Assembly: GCA_035513345.1 (NCBI GenBank)
Contig: DATKCF010000172.1
Location: 24,043-88,042, forward strand
Reading direction: 5' to 3'
DNA length: 64,000 bases
Source: Longimicrobiales bacterium
Lineage (GTDB): Bacteria; Gemmatimonadota; Gemmatimonadetes; Longimicrobiales; RSA9
Position 1 is the first letter of the stretch; each line of letters starts with the position of its first letter. Under the pieces are notes generated by a model. The model did no database searches. It saw only the letters and a list, made by a program, of their open reading frames with translations, and was not told the origin of the DNA. This document shows, in pieces, positions 57,160 to 64,000 of this stretch. Made by a program: the position numbers and the translations under genes.

Positions 57160-57908
57160 ACGCCGCCAACGACAGCGAACCACAGCGTCGCGATCCGCGC
57201 GGCGCGCAGAACGCCACTGGCCAGCCGGGCCAACCGGAGCAGGCCGGTCCGACGCCGCCGTTCCCCGGTCGACCGGCCGCATCGGCCGTGAATGAGCCCG
57301 GTCCGGAAGGTGGGGGCCTCGGGAAAAAGAAGAAGAAGAAGGCCGGCAAGGACAAGCTCGGTTCATCACGCGGCATCGAGACGATGTTCCGCACGTCCTA
57401 CCGTACACACATCGACATGAGTTCGCTGGCCGACAGCAAGGCGAACATCATGATCAGCATCAACGGCCTCATCATGTCGATCATGATCGCCTCGATCTCG
57501 CCCAAGATCGACACCAATGCGTGGCTGCTGCTGCCGACCAGTGTACTGCTGATCGGCTGCCTCGTATCCATGGTCTACGCCGTGCTCGCCGCCCGCCCGC
57601 GCGTCACGAACCGCGAAATCTCGCTCGACGACGTGCGCAACGACCGCGCGAACATCCTGTTCTTCGGCAATTTCGTGAACATGGACGAAGCGGACTACAC
57701 CGAAGGCATGAAGGAACTGCTGCAGAATCCCGACGCTCTCTACCTGAACATGATCCGCGACATCTACAGCCTGGGCCGCGTGCTGGCGAAGAAGTTCCAC
57801 TACCTGCGGATCTCGTACGCTGTGTTCATGGCAGCGCTCGTCATTGGCGTCTGCTTCTTCCTGCTCGTTCTGCTCACTGTCGTATTGCGGACGGGTCCAA
57901 CGGTCTGA
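57156..57908 (+). CDS. DUF5706 / PycTM-like membrane protein with disordered N-terminus
   Basis: ATGA overlap with the ppk stop. Core RGIETMFRTSYRTHIDMSSLADSKANIMISINGLIMSIMIASI, LLLPTSVLLIGCLVSMVYAVLAARPRV, ANILFFGNFVNM, and C-terminal TM AVFMAALVIGVCFFLLVLL. Recognised from memory as DUF5706 (PF18967); needs an HMM check. Confidence 0.7.
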   Translation: MNAANDSEPQRRDPRGAQNATGQPGQPEQAGPTPPFPGRPAASAVNEPGPEGGGLGKKKKKKAGKDKLGSSRGIETMFRTSYRTHIDMSSLADSKANIMISINGLIMSIMIASISPKIDTNAWLLLPTSVLLIGCLVSMVYAVLAARPRVTNREISLDDVRNDRANILFFGNFVNMDEADYTEGMKELLQNPDALYLNMIRDIYSLGRVLAKKFHYLRISYAVFMAALVIGVCFFLLVLLTVVLRTGPTV

Positions 57909-57913
57909 CGCAA

Positions 57914-57938
57914 GCGGTGCACCCTCCTGGAGCACCGC
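57914..57938. terminator. Hairpin between convergent genes (candidate bidirectional terminator)
   Basis: GCGGTGC-accctcctgga-GCACCGC sits in the 33-nt gap between stop 57908 (+) and stop 57942 (-). Confidence 0.4.
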
Positions 57939-57941
57939 CCG

Positions 57942-60900
57942 TCAGGCGTCCGCAGCCGCCAGCTGCTCGAGCAGCGCGGCGGCATCGCGCAGGTCCGGCA
58001 GTTCGTGGCCCTCGGTGAAGGTCTCGTAGACCGGACGCAGAACGTCGTGTGCTTCGCGGTGCCGGCCGGTCGCGATCAGGATGCGGCCCAGGCTGGTGGC
58101 CGCGCGCAGTTCGGGCGACCGTGCGCTCTGCCGCCGCGCGTCCGCGATTGACTGCCGCAACCAGGACTCCGCTTCCGCCTGCCGGCCATCGATCGACGCC
58201 AGCACCTGTGCCATTAGATGGCAGAACTCGGACTGCCAGCGGAACGCCGACATGACACGCGATTGATTTGTTACGCGGTCCAGGATGCTCAGTGCATCGT
58301 CGATCCGGCCGATGCGGCTGTACACGCGGGCCATCCGCAGGTCGTATTGCGGGTCGGCACCCGAACCCCGGTCGCGGAACAGGCTGGCTGCATGCTCGAT
58401 GCGCTCGACGGCGGCGTCCGCTTTCCCGTTCTCCGACAGGAGGCAGGCCTGCATGAGTAGTGCGTCCGCCTGCCAGTGCTTGAACCGTTGCTCTGTGGCA
58501 AGCGACAGCAGCTCCTCGGCCACGGCCGTGACCGCTTCGGTATCGCGACGCCACAGGTGCTGTGCACCGAGGAACGCGAGCGCCAGCGCAAGGCTGTGAG
58601 GGTGCCCGATGCGACGCGCCAGGTCGACCGCCGCCTCTCCCGTCCGCCGCGACTGAATCGGGTATCCCGCGAACCAGTGGACCGCGCCCAGGTACGCGTG
58701 GCTGACAACGCCGAGGTCGTGACCGAACGACAGGTGCAGCGATGCGTGCCGCTCGGGATCGTAGGTCGCGATCGCGTCATCGAAGTGGCGCCGGGCGACG
58801 GGCAGGTTGCCGCGGTTCAGATGCACGGACCCCTGTGCGGCATTGGCGATCAGGCTGATCTGCTCGGAGCCCGTTGTCGCGGCCAGCTCGGTCAGCTCGT
58901 CGGCCAGACGGCCGGCCTCGCCCAGATCGAGCCGCACGATGTGGTACGCGAACAGGCCGACCGTGACAGCCGCGAGCCGGGCCGGCTCGTTCAGTTCGAG
59001 ACACAGCGACCGAGCTCGTTCGTAGGCGTTGCGGACATCGACGGACGTGTAGCCCTCGGTCGCGATCAGTGCGGTGCCGAGCGCGGCCTGCATCTCGAAC
59101 TCCAGCCGCGTGTGGTCGGCTGATGGCTTCGCCAGAGCGAGTTGCTCGAGGCCCCGCCGCAGATGCGCGACCGCTTCCAGGTTCGCCCATGACCGCATCG
59201 CCCGCACGCCCGCGTCTCGCCAGTACGGTGCGGACAGCTCCGGCAAACCGGCCGCCGCATAGTGCAGCGCGATCGTTTCCGGCTCCGCCGCGGCCCGTTC
59301 CGCGAACCGGTTCACCAGGACATCCGCAATGCGCATGTGATAGCGCTGGCGAGTGCTGCGCAGAAGCGACTCGTACGCCGCTTCCTGGATCAGCGCGTGC
59401 TTGAACGCGTACGTCGCGGTGCCGCCCGACTCGACTTCATGAATGAGTTCCGCGTCCACGAGCCGGTTCAGCGCATCGCGCAGAACGGCTTCGTCGATTG
59501 CCGCAACGGCCATCAGCACGTCATACGAGAACTCGCGGCCGATGGCCGCGCCGAGTTGGGCCATCTCCTTGACCGACGCCAGCCGGTCGAGCCTCGCCTC
59601 GAGCGAGTCCTGCAGCGTCGCGGGTATCGCGAGCGGCGGCAGAGGACCGACGAGTTCGTACCGGTCGGCGTGCTCTACCAGCAGGCCGGACTGAAGCACC
59701 GTCTTGCTCAGTTCCTCGACGAACAGTGGCACGCCATCGGTGCGCAGCACGATCTGACGGATCACCTCGGCCGGTACCGCCTTCCCGGCTACCGCCAGGA
59801 CGATCCGTTCCGTGTCGCCGGGTGACAGTCGGTCGAGCAAAATGGCGGCCGTGCCGGTCTGGCCGTCCCACGAGGGAGCAAACTCCGGCCGTGTCGTGAA
59901 CAGCGCGAGGACTCGCCTGTCGCCGATCATCGCGGCGAACTGGTCGAGCAGTTCGAGCGTCGACGGGTCCGCCCAGTGGATGTCCTCGACAAGCAGCACG
60001 ACGGGACAGGACTCCGTCGACTTCATCAGCATCTGGATGATCCACGCCCGGGTCCGCTCCTTCAGGGCTTCGGCCGAGGGCGCACCGTCGGACGTTTCGA
60101 AGGGGATGCCGAGCAGTCCGGCGAACGCGGGCAGCGCTTCGCGAACAGGCAGGCCGTCACGGTCCAGCATGGTCTCGAGCGAAAGCAGCGCCTGCTCGCT
60201 GGTCCGGCCGCTCTTCAGGCCCGTTTCCGCTTCCAGCCAGTTGACGATCGGATGGAACGCCGTGTTCCGGTAATAATTCAAGCAGCGGCATTCGACGATG
60301 ACATGGGATGTGCCTGCGAGCGTCGTGAGGAACGCGTCGATCAGGTGCGACTTGCCGATGCCGGCATCGCCGGTCAAGGTGACGGCGACGCCGCGGCCGG
60401 ACAGCACGCCGTCCCATGCGTCGGTCAGAGCGGCCAGCTCGGCTTCCCGGCCGATCAGTTCCGTCCGGCGACCGGCCCGCTGGTCGTCGTGGACGGCATC
60501 CACGCGGTAGACCGAGCCGATGCCGGGCACTCCGCGAAGCGATCGCGGGCCGAGATCGGTCGTATCGAAGCTGCGGGAAACGAGGCGGTGCGTCACGGCG
60601 CTGATGACGACCGTGTTCGGCTCCGCGACCGCCTGAAGCCGAGCGGCAATGTTGGGCGTGCCGCCCAGCGCGAGGTTCTCCCGGCGAGCGCCGCTGCCGA
60701 CTTCGCCGACCACGACCAGGCCAGTGTGGATGCCGACGCGTACCGCCAGGTCCTCGCCCGTTCGGTGGCGCCAGCGCTCACCGAGGCGCCTGACCTCGGC
60801 GGTCACGCCGAGCGCGGCCCGGACCGCGCGCTCGGCTTCGTTCTCGAGGGCCACAGGGTAGCCGAAGTAGGCCAGCACGCCATCGCCGAGGTACTGGGCG

Positions 60901-61289
60901 ATATGACCATCGAACCGTTCGATGGCTCGGCCGCACACCTCCTGGTAGCCGCGCACGAGCTGGTGCAGCTCCTCGGGGTCGAGGTCGAGCGATAACCGGG
61001 TCGAACCGACCAGGTCGCAGAACATGACCGTCAGCTGCCGCCGCTCCGCATCCGGCTCCGCCGGCAGCCGGCCAGCCAGGTGCGGCGACACCGGCTCGAG
61101 CGCAACGCCGCAGCCACCACAGAATCGGAAGCGCGGCGGGTTCCGGGTGCCGCACGCGGGACAGACCACATCGAGTGGCGCACCGCAGCATCCGCAGTAG
61201 CTCAGACCGCGTGGGCTCTCGAAGCCGCAGCGCGCACAACCGGCGCCGGTGTCTTCCGTCGGTTCTCTGCTGTCGGTCGAGATCAGCAC
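57942..61289 (-). CDS. Multidomain signalling protein: double zinc ribbon + class III adenylate/guanylate cyclase + AAA/STAND ATPase + TPR-like repeats
   Basis: CARCGF...YCGCCG...CPACG...FCGGCG; cyclase core LTVMFCDLVGST...GDGVLAYFGYP...RVGIHTGLVVVGEVG...GGTPNIAARLQ; P-loop TGDAGIGKSHL; long helical-repeat C-terminus. AGGAGGAGG 6 nt upstream of GTG 61289; the track ORF extends to 61550. Confidence 0.85.
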   Translation of the reverse strand: MLISTDSREPTEDTGAGCARCGFESPRGLSYCGCCGAPLDVVCPACGTRNPPRFRFCGGCGVALEPVSPHLAGRLPAEPDAERRQLTVMFCDLVGSTRLSLDLDPEELHQLVRGYQEVCGRAIERFDGHIAQYLGDGVLAYFGYPVALENEAERAVRAALGVTAEVRRLGERWRHRTGEDLAVRVGIHTGLVVVGEVGSGARRENLALGGTPNIAARLQAVAEPNTVVISAVTHRLVSRSFDTTDLGPRSLRGVPGIGSVYRVDAVHDDQRAGRRTELIGREAELAALTDAWDGVLSGRGVAVTLTGDAGIGKSHLIDAFLTTLAGTSHVIVECRCLNYYRNTAFHPIVNWLEAETGLKSGRTSEQALLSLETMLDRDGLPVREALPAFAGLLGIPFETSDGAPSAEALKERTRAWIIQMLMKSTESCPVVLLVEDIHWADPSTLELLDQFAAMIGDRRVLALFTTRPEFAPSWDGQTGTAAILLDRLSPGDTERIVLAVAGKAVPAEVIRQIVLRTDGVPLFVEELSKTVLQSGLLVEHADRYELVGPLPPLAIPATLQDSLEARLDRLASVKEMAQLGAAIGREFSYDVLMAVAAIDEAVLRDALNRLVDAELIHEVESGGTATYAFKHALIQEAAYESLLRSTRQRYHMRIADVLVNRFAERAAAEPETIALHYAAAGLPELSAPYWRDAGVRAMRSWANLEAVAHLRRGLEQLALAKPSADHTRLEFEMQAALGTALIATEGYTSVDVRNAYERARSLCLELNEPARLAAVTVGLFAYHIVRLDLGEAGRLADELTELAATTGSEQISLIANAAQGSVHLNRGNLPVARRHFDDAIATYDPERHASLHLSFGHDLGVVSHAYLGAVHWFAGYPIQSRRTGEAAVDLARRIGHPHSLALALAFLGAQHLWRRDTEAVTAVAEELLSLATEQRFKHWQADALLMQACLLSENGKADAAVERIEHAASLFRDRGSGADPQYDLRMARVYSRIGRIDDALSILDRVTNQSRVMSAFRWQSEFCHLMAQVLASIDGRQAEAESWLRQSIADARRQSARSPELRAATSLGRILIATGRHREAHDVLRPVYETFTEGHELPDLRDAAALLEQLAAADA

Positions 61290-61470
61290 AGTGCCCCTCC
61301 TCCTGTTTACGACAGGTGCACGCGGTGGCTGCCGCGTCCCTCTGATGGTATCGTGGGCACACGTGGCACGGCCACCCGCCCGACGGCCGGTCGGTCCGTG
61401 TCTGCCGTCAGGATTGGATCCGTCCACCATCCGGACATCGCGCCCGGCGAAACGAGACGCCACACCGGAA

Positions 61471-61513
61471 GGTGCAACGAAGTTGAACACCGGAGGTGCA
61501 ACGACGTTGAACG
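61471..61513 (+). repeat. Two direct copies of GGTGCAACGA(A/C)GTTGAAC spaced 24 bp apart, just upstream of the SdiA-regulated-domain gene
   Basis: Copies at 61471-61489 and 61495-61513, 17 of 19 identical, each preceded by CCGGA(A)G. They lie in the divergent intergenic region 61290-61530. Confidence 0.6.
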
Positions 61514-61530
61514 TGAAAGCCCAGGCTCTG

Positions 61531-62463
61531 ATGGGACGCCGCAGGACCATCCTGGCATTCGAGCGATACCCGACGACCTTGTATCTCCTGACGATTGGTG
61601 CGCTGGCGCTCTCGGCCGGCGTTGCGGTCGCGGCAAACGCGACCTGTGCGCTGACAGGCGACCAGGCTCCGAGCGCGCTCGCGGGCTACGACTTCAGTGC
61701 GGACGATGTCCGCCACATCGAACTGCCCCGCCCGCTCCACGAGATCTCCGGTCTGGCGCTCGACGCCACTGACGGCCTGTTCGCGCATCATGATGAACGG
61801 GCGACAGTGTTCCGGCTCGATCCGGCGGATGGCCGGATCCTGTCATCATTCAACCTCGGCCGCCGTGGGCGCGCGGGCGATTTCGAAGGCATCGCGCTGG
61901 CCGGCTCGCGCTTCTTTCTGGTCACCAGTGATGGCCGACTGCTCGAGTCCGGCCACGGCGAAGATGGCGCCACGGTGGAGTTCGACGAGATCAGGATCGC
62001 GTCGCGCCGGGTCTGTGCCGAGATCGAAGGCCTCGAATACGATGCGCCCGGCAACGCGCTGCTGCTCGCCTGCAAGTTCACCGAAGGCCGGGCCCTTCGC
62101 GACCGGCTCGTCATCCTGCGATTCTCGCTCCGCTCCCGCACGCTCGACGCCGAGCCGTTCATTTCGTTGCCGGTCGAATCGCTCGAACCGTTCGGCCTCG
62201 GCTCCACCATCAATCCGTCCGGCATCGCGATCCATCCGCTCACCGGTACGATCATCGTGCTGGCTGCTCGCCAGCGTGCGATCGTCGAGCTGGACCGCAA
62301 CGGCAGCGTGCTCGGTGCCGCCAGGTTGCGACGCCGCTACCACGCGCAGGCCGAAGGCATCGCGGTCACCCGTGACGGCACACTGATCATCGCCGATGAG
62401 GGCGACTCCGGCACCGCGAAACTGACGTATTATGCATACCGGCCGGTGGCCGGCGGACGATGA
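61531..62463 (+). CDS. SdiA-regulated-domain (YjiK-like) beta-propeller protein, membrane-anchored or secreted
   Basis: N-terminal RRR + hydrophobic segment (TTLYLLTIGALALSAGVAVAA). EISGLALD, DFEGIALAG, EIEGLEYD, NPSGIAIHP, AQAEGIAVTRDGTLIIADEGD follow the YjiK blade pattern. Alternative TTG start at 61507. Confidence 0.7.
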   Translation: MGRRRTILAFERYPTTLYLLTIGALALSAGVAVAANATCALTGDQAPSALAGYDFSADDVRHIELPRPLHEISGLALDATDGLFAHHDERATVFRLDPADGRILSSFNLGRRGRAGDFEGIALAGSRFFLVTSDGRLLESGHGEDGATVEFDEIRIASRRVCAEIEGLEYDAPGNALLLACKFTEGRALRDRLVILRFSLRSRTLDAEPFISLPVESLEPFGLGSTINPSGIAIHPLTGTIIVLAARQRAIVELDRNGSVLGAARLRRRYHAQAEGIAVTRDGTLIIADEGDSGTAKLTYYAYRPVAGGR

Positions 62464-64000
62464 GGCTGGCGCTTCTGCTGCTCCTGGTGCCGGGGCTCGC
62501 CCATGCACAACTGCCACCCGCAGACTCCTCGCCTGCGCGGCCTCGGCGATCGTACGAGGCCGGCCCCGTTCACCGGTTCCTCCTCGGCTCGAATCATCGC
62601 GAACTCTGGGGCCTCACCATCAATGCCGAGGTGCTCGACCTCGGTACGTTTGCGGGCGGCATCGTGCCTACCGTGCTCGGCGGTGGGCAGCAGACGCTGT
62701 CCCTGCGTTTCGAGGATGCACGCGGCGTCGAGTACGCGTTCCGTGCGATCGACAAGGATGCTTCGCGTACGCTCGACCCCGAACTCCGCCAGAGCATTGC
62801 CGCGCGCGTTCTTCAGGACCAGATCTCGGCGCTCCTGCCGGCCGCATCACTGGTCGTGTCGCATCTGTTGAGCGCGGCCGATGTCCTGCACGCGCCACCT
62901 CGCCTCTTCGTGATGCCGGACGATCCCAGACTCGGCGAATATCGCGAGCGGTTCGCCGGCCTGCTCGGCACCATGGAGGAGCGGCCGAACGAGGGACCCG
63001 ACGGCGAACCCGGCTTCGCCGACGCAACCCTCATTGTCGGCACCGAAAGCTTTCTCGACCGACTCGAAGACGATCCCTCGAACTGGCTCGATCAGGACGC
63101 ATACGTCCGCGCTCGCCTGCTCGACGCATTCGTCGGCGACTGGGATCGCCATCCCGACCAGTGGCGCTGGGCCGGGTTCTCCGAGAATGGTGGAATGCGC
63201 TGGATGCCGATCCCCCGCGACCGCGACTGGGCGCTTGCTCGCCTCGAGGGCGTATTCATCTGGATGGCGGGTTTCGCGTTCCCGAATTATGTCGGCTTCG
63301 ATGACGACTATCCGTCCGCGTTCCGTCTGAGCTGGACCGCTCGCACGCTCGATCGCCGGCTGCTGTCCGGTGCGTCAGTTATGACCTGGGACTCGGTTGC
63401 CGCCGACATTGTACGCCGCGTCGACGATACCACCATTGACGAGGCCGTGCGACGACTCCCCGACGAGTACCACGATCGTATCGGCAACGACCTCGCCGCT
63501 GCGCTGCGTTCGCGGCGTGATGACCTGCCCCGCCTGGCCCGCGAGTTCTACCGGCTCCTTGCCGGCTGGGTCGATGTGCACATGACCGATGTCGATGAGT
63601 TCGCAACTGTCGATCGCTTCGATGACGGGCGCGTCCACCTCACTGTCGCACGCCGGGAAGGCGACACGGCAGCCGCAGCGCCTCACTTCTCCAGAACGTT
63701 CGATCCGACCGAAACACGTGAGATCCGGCTGGACATGCGTGGCGGAGATGACCACGTGACCGTGCGCGGTCGCAATGGCGGCATCACCATTCGCGTCGAG
63801 GGCGGCGGCTCCGACGACACGCTGGTCGATGAGACCGATGGCGCCAACGTCTACTTCCATGACGACCGTGGCGACAACACCATTGTCGCGGCCCGCGGTA
63901 CGCGCGTGGACGAATCCGAGTATGACGAGCCCGAACCGGATGAGGATACGGCCCAGGCCATGCCCCGGGACTGGGGTTCCTGGTGGATTCCCGTTCCCTA
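62460..64000 (+). CDS. Secreted hypothetical protein with kinase-like motifs (GGGQQT...FRAIDK; GDWDRHPDQWRW; IPRDRDW); 3' end outside the window
   Basis: Not in the ORF track because no stop is reached. My translation from ATG 62460 (ATGA overlap with the upstream stop) is open to base 64000: MRLALLLLLVPGLAHAQLPP... It has high third-position G/C and balanced composition. The competing track ORF 62432..63304 is Arg-rich. Confidence 0.7.
   Translation, partial: MRLALLLLLVPGLAHAQLPPADSSPARPRRSYEAGPVHRFLLGSNHRELWGLTINAEVLDLGTFAGGIVPTVLGGGQQTLSLRFEDARGVEYAFRAIDKDASRTLDPELRQSIAARVLQDQISALLPAASLVVSHLLSAADVLHAPPRLFVMPDDPRLGEYRERFAGLLGTMEERPNEGPDGEPGFADATLIVGTESFLDRLEDDPSNWLDQDAYVRARLLDAFVGDWDRHPDQWRWAGFSENGGMRWMPIPRDRDWALARLEGVFIWMAGFAFPNYVGFDDDYPSAFRLSWTARTLDRRLLSGASVMTWDSVAADIVRRVDDTTIDEAVRRLPDEYHDRIGNDLAAALRSRRDDLPRLAREFYRLLAGWVDVHMTDVDEFATVDRFDDGRVHLTVARREGDTAAAAPHFSRTFDPTETREIRLDMRGGDDHVTVRGRNGGITIRVEGGGSDDTLVDETDGANVYFHDDRGDNTIVAARGTRVDESEYDEPEPDEDTAQAMPRDWGSWWIPVP

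Noticed and set aside
57156-61289. Calling the locus a canonical two-gene Pycsar system
   Set aside because: The cyclase and the PycTM-like gene are convergent rather than co-oriented. The cyclase is a 1116-aa STAND-type protein rather than a small PycC. The membrane gene is translationally coupled to ppk1 instead. I therefore report it only as a non-canonical association.
62432-63304. 290-aa track ORF at the right end
   Set aside because: It is extremely Arg-rich (RRRTRLRRRNPHCRHRKLSRPTRRRS...). The overlapping frame starting at 62460 has a signal peptide, balanced composition, high third-position G/C and translational coupling, so that frame is preferred.

Overview
GC-rich bacterial chromosomal segment with a strong G/C bias at third codon positions. 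I call about 50 protein-coding genes. By eye I found no rRNA, tRNA, CRISPR array, integrase or transposase. The protein families present (6-bladed beta-propeller lipoproteins, tricorn-like protease, TAXI-TRAP transporter, sigma-54 enhancer-binding protein) weakly suggest a Gemmatimonadota-like organism; this is inference only.

Gene content, left to right:
- GltD-like/ferredoxin oxidoreductase followed by korA and korB.
- TerB, VOC and MarR genes, then argJ, infA and a superoxide dismutase.
- A DtxR-linked region with two paralogous ADP-forming acyl-CoA synthetases, an enoyl-CoA hydratase, a long class V aminotransferase and an orphan TupA-like binding protein.
- TAXI-TRAP transporter, SPFH protein, trkA and trkH.
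- Tricorn-like protease.
- Amidohydrolase / small ORF / ABM / APH operon.
- A GrpB remnant and a double zinc-ribbon protein.
- Beta-propeller lipoproteins and a MATE transporter.
- A metal-uptake cluster (His-rich anchor, outer-membrane barrel, ZnuA-like, ZnuB-like) with no ATPase gene.
- CaCA antiporter and arfB.
- Histidine kinase plus NtrC-type activator, then a near-consensus sigma-54 promoter in front of usp-pal-slt-M28-ppk1.
- A DUF5706/PycTM-like membrane protein, a giant zinc-ribbon/cyclase/STAND/TPR protein, an SdiA-regulated-domain propeller, and a signal-peptide protein that runs off the right edge and is absent from the ORF track.

Most interesting observations:
1. PPK1 is translationally coupled to a PycTM-like protein that lies tail-to-tail with the cyclase-STAND gene. 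This could be a non-canonical cyclic-nucleotide or polyphosphate-linked membrane module.
2. A family of MITE-like inverted-repeat elements occupies two intergenic loci (24.8 kb and 43.5 kb).
3. The two-component system, upstream palindrome and sigma-54 promoter form an apparent envelope-stress circuit.
4. The metal-uptake cluster lacks an ATPase and has a His/Glu-rich barrel loop.
5. A secreted protein has kinase-like GxG and DxDRHxDQ motifs.

All family assignments come from reading motifs by eye and need HMM or BLAST confirmation.
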